Source of the DNA: Phyllobates terribilis
Taxonomy: Eukaryota
Reading direction: 5' to 3'
Length of the DNA: 64,000 bases
Assembly: GCF_046119375.1 (NCBI RefSeq)
Contig: NW_027362762.1
Coordinates: 298,282,001-298,346,000, forward strand
Positions 22,400 to 34,326 of this stretch are shown here, one piece after another (the stretch's first letter is position 1; every line of letters starts with the position of its first letter). A program made the position numbers and the translations under genes. The notes beneath the pieces are model-generated. The model saw only the letters and a list, made by a program, of their open reading frames with translations. It was not told where the DNA came from and searched no databases.

Positions 22400-23133
22400 C
22401 TGTTATGGAGGAAACTCAAGGATTACAAAATAAAAAGACATACAGGAAAACTTTAAAGAAGGAATACACATTACATTTCATACAAAAACATTTCTCTGGA
22501 TTTGATATGCATCTTTTTCTTTGTTCATTTTGAACTTGAAGAAAAGGGGTAGCCTCAGTCACCACACCCCTACTTTGAAATACCCTATTAGGTCACATTG
22601 ATTTTTTTTGTGGTAGGGTGGAGTGGGTGTTCTAATAAACAAGAGCCACATCTAATAGCTATATAGGTGGAGCACTTGTTAAAACTGCAGACGTTCCACG
22701 TTAGAGGGGTTTGATAAGGACTAAATTATTGATGATTTATCTGTAACTATATGTACCAATTAGTTGATATCTGCTTCAGAAAAGGCCAAATAAACACTAT
22801 GAATGTAGCGGAATTCCAAAACTACATCCAGTACGTTAGTAGTGGGCACTGCAGAGTACTGTATACAATGTTTGGGACAGTCGTGTTCTGCTCCATAGAT
22901 TACGGAAATCCTGTCCCTGCCAGAGCAGATATCAGATGATCAGCGGAGGTTCTGGGTGTCAGACCCTCACAATATTATGATGATGACCTATCCTACAGAC
23001 AAATCACCAGGAGTTTAGTTCCAGACAACCCCTTTAAAGAAAAAGTGTCATCAGACAATGACATATTGCTTATATCAGGTTTTAGTGTTAAACTAATTTT
23101 TTAAATATTTTTTGTCAATGTTTTTTCTTCATA

Positions 23134-24716
23134 CAGAGGCTTGCAAAAGTATTCACCCCCTTGGATTTTTACCTATTTTGTTACATTACAACCTGTGTTT
23201 AAACATTTTTGTAATCCGATTTGTGTGTGATGCATCAGCACTAAATAGTCTAAGTTGGTGAAGTGAGAAAAATATAAGCATAAATTAAATTTTTGGGATC
23301 AAATAACTAAACATTGGCAAGTGCATATGTGTTCACAGCTTTTGCCATGAAGCCCATAAAAATTTCTGGTGCGAGAAATTATCATCAAGTCACATGCTCA
23401 GTGAAAGGAAGTCCACCTGTGTGGAATCTAAGTGTCACATGACCTGTCAGTATATACACACCTTTTCTGAAAGGCCACAGAGGCTGCAACACCATTAAGA
23501 AAGAGGCGCCACTAACCAAACACCATGAAGACCAAGGAGATCTCTAAACAAGTCAGGGACAAAGTTGTTGAAAAGTACAAGTTAGGGTTGGGTTATAAAA
23601 AATATCCCAATCTCTGATGATCTCCTGGAGCACCATCAAATCCATTATCATCAAATAGAAAGAACATGGTACCACAACAAACCCTGCCAAGAGAGCATCA
23701 CCTACCAAAACTCTCTGCCCGGGGAAGGAGGGCATTAATCAGAGAGGCAGCACAGAGACCAAAAGGTAACCCTGAAGGAGCTGAAGAGATCCCAAGCAAA
23801 GACTGGAGTATCTGTCCATACAACCACAATAAGCTATACATTGCATAGAGGTGGCCTTTATGGAAGAGTGGGCAGAAAAAAAAACATTACTTACACACAA
23901 AAATTTTAAGACATTTGGAGACTCCCCAAATTTATGGAGGAAGGTGCTGTGGTCAGATGAAAACTGAAATGTAACTTTTTGGCCACCAAGGTAAATGCTA
24001 TGTCTGGCGCCAAACCAACACAGCTCATCACCCCAAGAACACCATGTGTTGCCACTATGTTTCACTGTGGGGATGTTTTTCGGCAGCAGGGACAGGTAAA
24101 ATGTTCCGAGTCAAGGGGAAAATGGATGGTGCAAAATACAGGGATATTCTTGAATAAAATCTGTTTCAGTCTGTCAGTGATTTGAGACTGGGATGGAGGT
24201 TCACCTTCCAACAAGACAATGACCCAAAGCATACTGCTAAAGCAACACTCTAGTGGTTGAAGGGGAAACATGCAAATGTTTTGGAGTGGTCTAGTCAAAG
24301 CCCAGACCTTAATCCAATTGAGAATCTGTGGTCAGACGTCAAGTTAGATGTTTCCTTTGGTGAACAGCAATCTTCAAGGACCTGGAGCAGTTTTGCCTTG
24401 AGGAATGGGCAAAAATTCCAGTGGAAAGCTCATAGAGACTTATCCAAAGTGACTTGCAGCTGTAATTGCCAAAAAAGGAGGCTCTACAAAAAGTACTGAC
24501 TTTAGGGGGGTGAATAGTCATGCACACTGAAGTTTTCAGTTATTTTGTCCTATTTGTGGTTTGCTTCACAATAAAAAGAAAACCAAATGTTTACAGTTGT
24601 AGGCATGTTCTTTACATGAACTGATGCAAAACCTAAAATAAGAAACAGTAAAACTCCAGGTTGTAAGGTAACAAAACACAAAAAACAGGGGGGTGACAAA
24701 CTTTCGCAAGCCACTG
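23134..24716 (+). mobile_element. Tc1-like transposon with degenerate transposase
   Basis: TA|CAGAGGCTTGCAAAAGT...CTTTCGCAAGCCACTG|TA. Remnant from ATG 23525 (MKTKEISKQVRDKVVEKYK) through [15 protein letters not shown], with many stops and frameshifts. Confidence 0.88.
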
Positions 24717-24983
24717 TATATACGATGGTCTTCATTAAAAACAAAAAATAGAATTAGACTTACAAGTAATTTGGTTTCTAAGACCCTCCACGACAGCACC
24801 AACAGGAGGTTGCCTCCCCATCCTAATTAGGGACAGGAAACAAGAGGTTAAATAGCCCTCCCCTTCCCTCTAACCTCAGTGTTTTTCCAAGGACCACACA
24901 GTATGAATGCTTGAAATATTTATTAACACCAAGGAATTTAAATGAACATAGAGTTTTTATGGGGGGGGTGGGGGGAATTACCC

Positions 24984-25071
24984 GTGCTGTCGTGGAGGAT
25001 CTTAGAAACCGAATTACCGGTAAGTTTAATTCTATTTGCTCTAATCCCCTCCACGACAGCACCAACAGGAG
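24984..25071 (-). other. DIRS internal complementary region (ICR)
   Basis: The first half is the reverse complement of 24747-24799 and the second half is the reverse complement of about 30008-30059, i.e. the circle-junction template of DIRS1 elements. Confidence 0.9.
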
Positions 25072-25089
25072 TAATACCAAAGAAAATCG

Positions 25090-26385
25090 TTAGGGAGGGA
25101 CTATAGCCTGCAGAACTTTTCTGCCAAAGGCTAAATCTTTTACAGACATCAAATCTAATCTGTAATGCTTGGTAAAGGTATGCACCGAGGACCAAGTATT
25201 AGCTTTGCAGATCTGCTCGATGGAAGCGCTGGCCCTTTCAGCCCATGAGGCGGACATGGCTCTGGTGGAATGAGCTTTTAGCAACACTGGAGGAGGCAGA
25301 TCTTGACTTTTATGCGCCTCTGTGATTGCTTTTTTAATCCAGTTAGCTAGAGAACTCTTGGAGGCTTTCTTCCCTTTGTTTGGTCCCCAGTATTGGACAA
25401 AAAGATTCTGATCCTTCCTCCAAGGCTCCGTCTGTTGCAGATAGTAAAGGATGATTCTTCTGACATCTAGAGAATGGAATTCGGATTTTCTGTTGTCTCT
25501 GGGATTTTGACAAAACGATGGGAGAATTATCTCCTGGGACATGTGAAAATGGGATGATAACGTTGGAAGGAAAGAAGGGTCTAGGCGGAAGATTATTCTG
25601 TCATCTAGGATTCTCAGGTAAGGTTTCCTGATGGAAAGGGCCTGGATCTCGCCAACTCTTCTTGCTGTTGTTATTGCTACTAACAGAGCTGCCTTCCATG
25701 ATAATTTGTCCATCCGAGTTTGGGTCATAGGTTCAAAGGGAGGGATAGTTAGACCCTTTAGAACTATATTTAGGTCCCAGGTAGGAACCACGATGGGCCT
25801 TCTCGGGCATATTCTAGAGGCTGCTGTTATGAACCTCTTTATCTACCGGTGGTCAGCCAGGTATTGGTCAAAGAATGAACTTAGAGCAGAAATCTGGACT
25901 TTCAAGGTGCTGGGTTTTAGCCCTTTAGATAGACCGTCCTCTAAAAAATCCAGTATTCTGGCAATATCAGGGCGAAAGGGATCAATAGGAGTAGAACCAT
26001 TCCACGTAGAGAAGGTCTTCCATATTTTTAAATAGATGGCATTAGTGACCGGTTTCTTGCTTTTCTGCAGTGTGTTTATTATAACATCCGAGAGCCCTTT
26101 TGCTTTCAGGATTAAGGCCTCAGAAACCAGGCTGCCAGGCATAAACTGTGGGGAGCCTGATGAAATATCGGACCTTGATGGAGTAGATAGTGATCTGGTG
26201 GCAGGATAAGAGGGCCTTCTGGGTTTAGAAGGTTCAGAGCCCCAAACCAACTTCTCTTCGCCATAGAGGGGCGATAAGAATGGTTTTGACCTTGTCCACT
26301 CTGATTTTTTGCAAGGTCCTCGGCAGTAATGGAATTGGAGGGAATGCGTAGGCCAACCTGAAGCTCCATGGGTGAGAAAATGCAT
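25090..26385 (-). pseudogene. DIRS tyrosine recombinase (interrupted)
   Basis: TARRVGEIQALS, KAHSTRAMSASWA and WSSVHTFTKHY catalytic motifs (R, HxxR, Y) in 25090..25791; N-terminal part in 25843..26385. Confidence 0.9.
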
Positions 26386-27990
26386 CTACCTTTGCATGAT
26401 TCTCCCTGTGGTCTATGGAGAAATATCGATTTACCTTTGTATTCTGTCGATTTGCAAACCGGTCTATGTCTGGGAGTCCCCATTTCCTGGTTATTAGCTG
26501 AAACATCCTTGAACTGAGGCTCCATTCTCCTGGATTTATTTCTGTCCTGCTTAGGAAGTTTGCCTGAATATTGTCAGCGCCTTTTAGATGAAGGGCTGAT
26601 CGAGACAGGAGAGGATGCTCTGCCCAGAGAAAAATTCTTGCAGAGACTTCTCATAGGCTTTTAAACCTTGTACTGCCCTGATGACGAAGATGGGCCACCG
26701 TTGTCATGTTGTATGAATAAATCTTGACGTGTGTTCCCTGGAGAATAGGACCTGCTGCCTTCAGGACCTCCTCTACTTCTTTTAGTTCTTTGGAATTCAA
26801 GGATTGGCCATCCATCTCTTTGGGCCAGATGCCCTGGAAGGTCTTCTGGGATGTGACTGCTCCCCAACCTCTTTTGCTGGCGTCTGTTAGAGAAGAGATC
26901 GGGTGCGGAATCCAAGCAATCCCCTTGATCAAATTTCCTGGGTTGAGCCACCAGTTGAGAGATACCTTCACATGGTGGGGGAAGAGATATTTTTGAGTTG
27001 AGCATCCCTGGAGACTTGTCTCAGCGAGAAAGGATAAGTTCTGAAGGATTCTTGTATGAGCCTGAGCCCAGGGGACCGCCTGAATGCATGCAGTCATCGA
27101 CCCCCGGACCGACATGGCAAACCTTATGGATACCATCTTTTGGCTCTTTAGTATCTGGATCCTTGATCTTACATTTAACCGTTTGGACGCTGGCAGTAAG
27201 GACCTCTGGTTTTGAGAATCCAAGAGAATTCCTAAGAAGACCTTTTGAGTTGATGGGGTAAGGTCTGACTTCTCTCGATTTACGATCCAGCCCAAGGATC
27301 CCAGGATCTGTACGACTGATTGAAGTTGGTCTCTGAGAAAGGAAGAAGGAGCAGTGACCAGGAAATCGTCCAGATAAGGGATGATGTAGATATTTTCTTC
27401 CCTGATAAATGCAACTACTTCCGCCATGATTTTTGTAAAGGTAAGGGGTGCTGAGGAGATGCCGAAGGGAAGGACCCTGAACTGAAAATGGCATACGGTC
27501 TGATTCAGAGAGACAGCAAATCTTAGATAACGCTGGTAATCTGGGTGGATGGGCACATGGTAATATGCATCTTTTAGGTCTATGGTAGCCATGACAGTTT
27601 TTACCGATCAGAGGAACCGTGGATTTTACAGACTCCATTTTGAATCTTTGATAAAGAATATATTGATTCAGCCGCCTCAGGTTGATAATAACCCGATGGG
27701 TTCCGTTTGTTTTTTTCACCAGGAACAATCTTGAGTAATGTCCCTTGCCCTGCTCGGCTTCTGGCACGGGAGTAATTACTGCTGAAGATGGCATTTTCTG
27801 AAGCTCTGATTTAGAACTTTCTGGAGTTTTGCTGATGGGAGAGATGTTATTTCCAGTCTCTGAGGAGGAAAGGAGGAAAATTCTATTTTTATTCCTGACC
27901 TAACCCAGTCTAGGATCTTGTGCTTTGATGTTATCTTCCCTCATTGCCTGAAGAATCCTGAGATTCTGCCCCCTACTTGTCTGGCATCAT
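26112..27990 (-). pseudogene. DIRS RT / RNase H / methyltransferase-like ORF (frameshifted)
   Basis: YSRLFLVKK, IDLKDAYYHVPI, LPFGISSAP, YLDD, LTDASKRGWGA (RNase H) and DIDRFAN...DAFSHPW...YAFPPIPLL (MT-like domain), spread over several frames. Confidence 0.9.
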
Positions 27991-29385
27991 TGCCTATCAG
28001 AACATTGGGACTGAAAAATGTTTTTACCTCTACCCCCTTTTGGGTAACTCCAGCGACCAGATTTACCCTTTCCTCTGTATGACGGATGTTTGAAGGGGAC
28101 GAAATGGCCTCTTTTTGGGTGTTTTTGGTTCTGGAAGAGATTTCTTTTTATTGGACACTTTCTCCAATAAATTGTCCAGCGCTGGACCAAACACATACTC
28201 CCTTTGAAAGGTATGGAGCATAACTTGGATTTAGAAAGGATGTCACCACTCCACATCTTTAACCATAGAGCCCTTCTTGCGGTATTGGAGAGAACCGAAG
28301 TTCTTGCTGCAATCTGGAGAGATTCCGTGGAGGTGTCCGCCAGGAATCCCGCTGCCTTCTGTAAGAGGGGTAGAGAGGCCAGAAGATCTTCTCTGGAAGT
28401 ACCGCTCTGGATATGATCTTCTAACTGATGTAACCAGCGTAACAGGGTTCTTGTGACACAGGTGGAGGCGACGTTTGTTCTTAGGGCAGCTGATGTCTCC
28501 CATGACTTTCTCAGTAAACTGTCCATCTTACGATCAAGTGGATCCTTAAGCTGAGATTAGTCTTCAAAGGGTAGGGTAGTCTTTTTTGCTACACTGGCCA
28601 TCTGAATGTGGACTTTAGGAATTTCTGTCCAGCATTTAGAGATGTTTTCATCTAAGGGAAAGCGATCCTTTAGGTCAGATGGGATGTTCAGTCTTCTTTC
28701 TGGAAATTCCCATTCATCCAGAATTAAATTCTGGATGTTGTCATGAGTGGGAAACACCATTCTCTTCCTTGATCTCAATCCCCCAAACATCTCGTCTTGG
28801 ACCGTACGTGGCGTTTTTACTTCTTCCACGCCCATTGAGTTTCTGATGGCAAGTAAAAATTCCTCCATGTCATCAGAGGAGAAGAAGAATTTCCTATACT
28901 CCTCATGAGCACTGATGTCTGGAGTGACCTCACCTTCGTCTATTCATTCCTCCTGGGCTGAATTTTCTGCCTCAGAGTCTGAGGAATTTTCTGGTGCGTT
29001 CTTCCTATTTTTTCATACTGAGGGACCCCCCCCCCCCGAAAAAGATTGTGAGAAGGTGGCTGAGGACGACTGGATCTCCTGGCGCACCATTCCCTTGACT
29101 TCATCCATTAGCGATGTTTGTTCCTCACGGACAATCTTCTCCGTACACAGCTGACATAGGGCCTTTTTGTGGGTGGGTGTGAGTTTCTTATTGCAAATGG
29201 CACATCTGCGACTTGCGGGTTTTTCTTTTGATTTCGGTGCAGGATCCTTGTCACCCTAAAATAATAAGAGGAAGACATAAGAACGGATCCTGCACTGAGA
29301 CGGACTTACCCTTACCAGACATACTCACTGGGCCAGGGTTTGCGCTGGGCTCTGCAGATGCAGCTTTAGGGGCAGACAAATCCAT
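27987..29385 (-). pseudogene. DIRS ORF1 (gag-like), apparently spliced (intron 29256-29328), with premature stops
   Basis: ATG at 29385; a 19-codon exon joins in frame to GDKDPAPKSKEKPASRRCAICNKK...CQLC. The same frame continues through in-frame stops into ORFs 28557..28868 and 27987..28526. Confidence 0.75.
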
Positions 29386-31369
29386 CTTAAGAACCTCAGT
29401 CCTACCTTATGGTGTCTTCCATCAGGGTCCTTTTATACAGGAACAGAGATCCAGCGCTGTCCTCATCCAATAGGATGAGGCCCTTCCTCTCCTAATGTCA
29501 GGTCCTCCAATCCTGATTATTGCGTTTTTGTTTTTTTACATTTCAAATTTTCCGCCAAAATGGCGGTGCGTTCCACCCTGGAACGCAACCGGAAGTGACG
29601 ACGCGGCCATTGAATAGACCAGCGTCACTTCCTGTGCGCTCTCCATGCGGCCGGCTATACACCGGAGGAGAGCGTTGCGCGCAGGGAGAGGGGGAGACAT
29701 CGCAACTGGCTGGGGAGCTACGGGAGGCCCCCAGCCAATATCTTCTCTAGCATTGCATGAGCGCTGGAGGATGGTGCGGTCCCGCCGGGAGGCAGGAGCA
29801 GCTGACATGGAAGGTAGGCACAGGGCAATCGATTCACGGCTGCCCGGCTGGAAGGTACTGATTTTTGGGGAAGCTGATTGCCGGCCACCGCCTCACCAGA
29901 AGGAAACCTCTTCATCCCTTAGTGACAGGAAAAACACTGGGGTTAGAGGGAAGGGGAGGGCTATTTAACCTCTAATTTCCTGTCCCTAATTAGGATGGGG
30001 AGGCAAACTCCTGTTGGTGCTATCGTGGGGGGGGGGGGGGGGATTAGAGAAAATAGAAAAACCGAAATCGTACAATTTTCATATTGGCCACTGGGTCTTT
30101 TTCATACTTATATTCCCTGTTTTAGGAAAACTATATGTACATTAACTGCAATAAACAGACTGAGACCCTATCTTTTGTGCTGAAGCATCTAATGATCAAG
30201 TGCAAAGGTCATTGTGATGGGAGGGCTAGCAGGGTCAGCTGTGACATTGCCTATGGTGATTGGTGGATCCTGTGCTATCAGCTGTGTATAAGAGGTGTTG
30301 TCAGTCATTGCAATCCTGCCTCTGATGACAAGGAAACTACTGCAAACTCCTCATGAAAGGACAGGAAGTATGAGTCTAATATGGTTCCAGTGGTCAGTGT
30401 TAAAATTCTAATTAAAGACTACTACATTTTTAAAATAAAGATCATGATATGTAGAAAAAACATTGGCAAACTAAAAAAATAAATGTAACACAAAAACCTG
30501 ATATAAACAATAGTTCATTTTCTGATGACATTCCCTTTAAACATTATTCTCGTGTCACCCATTTCATCTGTGCCCTTCACTGAGCATAACATTTCATGAG
30601 TAACTTTGTGTTTGTACATCTTTCTGTAGAGGTAGTCTTCAGTTGCTATTTTATACCAGTCATATTTATGACTGCCCAACTGGGTAATACATATTTGGCT
30701 AGTGTAACCATAATTGTTATACATTAAATTTATGAGAGGTTTCCAACTTTGTTAACACAGAGTTACTTAACAGTTTGGATTCAATTATGTAAAGAAAAAT
30801 CTTCAAATACAATTGTTGATCAAATCTGTACTGTAACATACAGGTAGATGGGTAAAATAGTTAAGTATACAGCTCAGCACAAAAATCAAACAAGAAAGCT
30901 GCTGCTTTTACTTAATGCATTGGCGCCTCAATGGCACCTTGTACAGTATACATAAACCAAGAACAGGCATGTGGTTGTGGTAGGCTCTACACACAGAAGA
31001 AGGTCAGGAAAGGAATGCCGAAATCAATGACCTCTGGTTCCTTCCATGTCCCTTGAAATTAATATTAGGAAAGTTCACTATAATCAATAGCTTACTTTGT
31101 GCAAAAAAATGCCACATGATAAACTTTAAAGCTACATAGTTACATAGTTACATATAGTTACATAGTTTATAAGGCCGAAAAAAGACAAGCGTCCATCCAG
31201 TTCAGCCTATTTCTTGTGCACTGCAGCTATTCCGCAGCGTTGATCCAGGGGAACGCAAAAAAAAACAAAACAAAACAAAAAAAAAAAAAAAAACATGCGG
31301 TATAGGCCAATTGACATCATTGAGGAAAAAATTCACTTCCCGACACCAATCTGGATTAATTAACTATCA

Positions 31370-34315
31370 CTAAGCATAAGATGTAATTTTATTGTTCTCA
31401 AGAAAGGCGTCCAGGCCTCTCTTGAACTCATTAAGTGAGTTGGACATCACCACTTCCTCTCCCAGAGAGTTCCAGAGTCTCACGGCTCTGACCGTAAAGA
31501 ATCCCCTTCTATGCTGGTGCAGGAACCTCCTTTCCTCCAGACGCATAGTGTGCCCCCTCGTCTTTGTCACCATCCTTGGTATAAACAGGTCATGGGAGAG
31601 ATCTCTGTACTGCCCCCTGATGTATTTATACATGTTTATGAGGTCTCCCCTAAGCCTTCTCTTTTCCAACGTAAATAGGCCTAATTTTGACAACCTCTCT
31701 GGGTATTCTAGTCCCTCCATTCCCTTTATTACCTTAGTCGCCCTCCTTTGTACCCTCTCTAGCTCCAATATGTCTTTCCTGAGCACCGGAGCCCAGAACT
31801 GTGCACAATATTCTAAGTGCGGCCTTACCAGCGCTTTATACAGAGGAAGAACAATGTTCTCATCATATGCCCCTATTCCTCTTCTGATGCATGCCATGAC
31901 TCTATTTGCCTTCGCAGCTGCTGCCTGACACTGGGCACTCCAATTTAATTTGCTATTAACCAAGACGCCCAGGTCCTTCTCCATGTCAGATTTCCCCAAC
32001 GGTTTCCCATTTAATATGTATGGGTGACTGCTGTTTTTCTTTCCCATGTGCATGACTTTACATTTATCGGCATTGAACCCCATTTGCCATTTTTTGGCCC
32101 AACTCCCCAATTTATCTAAATCCTCCTGTAGCTGTGCCCTATCCTCATCTGTGTTAACTACTTTACAAAGTTTAGTATCATCTGCAAATATTGCTATTTT
32201 ACTATGCAACCCTTCCACTAGATCATTAATAAATATATTAAATAATATAGGGCCCAAGACAGACCCTTGAGGCACCCCGCTAGTAACCCTGACACACCCT
32301 GAGCTTACTCCATTGATAACCACCCTCTGCTTTCTATCACTCAGCCAGCTATTTACCCACTTACACACATTATCCCCCAGACCAAGCATTCTCATTTTAT
32401 ATACCAACCTTTTGTGTGGCACGGTATCAAACGCTTTGGAGAAGTCAAGGTATACAACATCCACTGACTCTCCCCGGTCCAGCTGAGAGCTCACCTCCTC
32501 GTAGAAGGCGATCAGGTTTGTTTGGCAGGAGCGATCTCTCATGAATCCATGTTGATATGGAGTTAGACAGTTATTATCATTAAGATATTCTACAATAGCA
32601 TCTCTAAGAAATCCTTCAAACAATTTACCCACAACAGACGTTAAGCTGACTGGTCTATAGTTCCCAGGGTCACTTTTAGACCCCTTTTTGAATATTGGTA
32701 CCACATTTGCTTGGCGCCAGTCTAGTGGGGCAGTCCCTGTCCATAAAGAGTGCTTGAATATAAGATACAGCGGTCTGTCTATCACATTACTTAATTCTTT
32801 TAGTACCCGGGGGTGTATGCCATCTGGGCCTGGTGACTTGTCTATTTTGATATTATTTAGGCGTTTCTGAACTTCCTCCTGGGTTAGGTGGGTGATATTT
32901 AGCGGAGGGTTTACTTTATTACTTTGCATTTCCTCCGATAAATTGTTTTCTTTTGTGAAAACAGTGGAGAAGAAGCTATTGAGTAGGTTTGCTTTACCCT
33001 CATCGCCCTCTATGATTTTACCCAGGTTATTTTTCAATGGGCCAACTCCATCAGTTTTAATCCTTTTACTGTTTATATAGTTAAAGAACAGTTTGGGATT
33101 CGTTTTACTTTCTTTGGCAATTAGTCTCTCTGTCTCCTCTTTTGCTATTCTTATTTGTTTCTTACAGATTTTGTTTTTTTCCCTATAAGTTATTAGCGCT
33201 TCCTCGCTGCCTTCTTGTTTAAGTTTACCGAAAGCCCTTTTTTTGTTTTTCATTGCCCTCTTGACTTCCTTATTTAGCCACATTGGCTTCCTCCTATTCC
33301 TAGCCCTTTTATTCCCATAAGGTATGTACCTTCTACAGTGACTATGTAGGACTGTTTTGAAAATTTCCCATTTTCTATCCGTGCTCCTATTACTGAAGAT
33401 ACTATCCCAGTCTATAAGGTGAAGGGCATCTCTTAGCTGATCAAACTTTGCCCTCCTGAAGTTCGGTGTTTTTGTGACTCCCTTGCTGGGCACCCTACTG
33501 AAGCACATGTGGAATTGTATAATGTTGTGGTCACTATTTCCCAGGTGCCCCCCAACCTGCACCTCAGTTATTCTGTCTGGCCTGTTAGTTAATATTAAGT
33601 CTAAAAGGGCCGTCCCTCTAGTTGGTTCCTGCACAAGTTGTGACAAATAATTGTCTTTGATAATTGACAGAAACCTGTTTCCTTTCTGAGATCTACAGCT
33701 TTCGGTTTCCCAGTCTATATCGGGGTAGTTGAAGTCCCCCATAATAATCACCTCGTTATTTTTTGCTACTTCGTCTATTTGTCTCATTAATAGACTTTCC
33801 GTGGCTTCTGCTATATTTGGTGGTTTATAACAGACTCCTATGATAATTTTATTATTGTTTTTTGCCCCATGTATCTCCACCCATAAGGACTCGACCTCCT
33901 CATTTCCCTCCCATACATCCTCCCGTATTGTAGGCTTTAGACACGTCTTTACATATAGACAGACTCCACCCCCTTTCCGATTTCTTCGATCCCTTCTAAA
34001 CAGACTGTAACCCTGTAAGTTAACTGCCCAGTCATAGCTTTCATCCAACCATGTCTCGGTTATTCCCACTATGTCATAGTTACCTGTAGATATTTCTGCT
34101 TCCAGTTCATCCATCTTGTTTGTCAGGCTCCTGGCATTTGCTAGCACGCAGTTTACACGATTTTGTTTTGTTCCAATCTTCTCCCTGTGGATTGTATTAG
34201 AAATTTTCTTACCTTCCTTCCAAGTATCTTGTCTTGGACCTTCTTTGTCGCACTTCATATCTTTCATTAGTATGTCCTCTGGTTGCATGTTCGTGTCCGG
34301 CGTTTTTCTTCCCAT
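31370..34315 (-). CDS. CR1 ORF2: apurinic endonuclease plus reverse transcriptase, 981 aa
   Basis: NARSL, ITETWL, MGDFN and SDH (APE); YRPVSL, QHGF, LDFSKAFD, GVPQGSVLGP and FADD (RT); no stops. Confidence 0.96.
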   Translation of the reverse strand: MGRKTPDTNMQPEDILMKDMKCDKEGPRQDTWKEGKKISNTIHREKIGTKQNRVNCVLANARSLTNKMDELEAEISTGNYDIVGITETWLDESYDWAVNLQGYSLFRRDRRNRKGGGVCLYVKTCLKPTIREDVWEGNEEVESLWVEIHGAKNNNKIIIGVCYKPPNIAEATESLLMRQIDEVAKNNEVIIMGDFNYPDIDWETESCRSQKGNRFLSIIKDNYLSQLVQEPTRGTALLDLILTNRPDRITEVQVGGHLGNSDHNIIQFHMCFSRVPSKGVTKTPNFRRAKFDQLRDALHLIDWDSIFSNRSTDRKWEIFKTVLHSHCRRYIPYGNKRARNRRKPMWLNKEVKRAMKNKKRAFGKLKQEGSEEALITYREKNKICKKQIRIAKEETERLIAKESKTNPKLFFNYINSKRIKTDGVGPLKNNLGKIIEGDEGKANLLNSFFSTVFTKENNLSEEMQSNKVNPPLNITHLTQEEVQKRLNNIKIDKSPGPDGIHPRVLKELSNVIDRPLYLIFKHSLWTGTAPLDWRQANVVPIFKKGSKSDPGNYRPVSLTSVVGKLFEGFLRDAIVEYLNDNNCLTPYQHGFMRDRSCQTNLIAFYEEVSSQLDRGESVDVVYLDFSKAFDTVPHKRLVYKMRMLGLGDNVCKWVNSWLSDRKQRVVINGVSSGCVRVTSGVPQGSVLGPILFNIFINDLVEGLHSKIAIFADDTKLCKVVNTDEDRAQLQEDLDKLGSWAKKWQMGFNADKCKVMHMGKKNSSHPYILNGKPLGKSDMEKDLGVLVNSKLNWSAQCQAAAAKANRVMACIRRGIGAYDENIVLPLYKALVRPHLEYCAQFWAPVLRKDILELERVQRRATKVIKGMEGLEYPERLSKLGLFTLEKRRLRGDLINMYKYIRGQYRDLSHDLFIPRMVTKTRGHTMRLEERRFLHQHRRGFFTVRAVRLWNSLGEEVVMSNSLNEFKRGLDAFLENNKITSYA

Positions 34316-34326
34316 CCCCTCTTCTT

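Larger units (their letters stand above)
24743..30061 (-). mobile_element. DIRS1-type tyrosine-recombinase retrotransposon, complete architecture but decayed ORFs
   Basis: Inverted terminal repeats (about 24786-24888 and 29928-30031), right-end extension, ICR, and ORF1, RT/RH/MT and YR remnants; inserted in an A/T run with no TSD. Confidence 0.93.
23038..30536. mobile_element. TTAA-flanked T2/Kolobok-like MITE split by a Tc1 and a DIRS insertion
   Basis: Left arm TTAA|AGAAAAAGTGTCATCAGACAATGACATATTGCTTATATCAGG is the inverted match of the right arm CCTGATATAAACAATAGTTCATTTTCTGATGACATTCCCT|TTAA (30537-30540). Confidence 0.7.

Noticed and set aside
30322-30337. CTGATGA-CAAG-GAAAC hammerhead-like core
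   Set aside because: No stem II or flanking stems; it lies inside a MITE and is likely a chance match.
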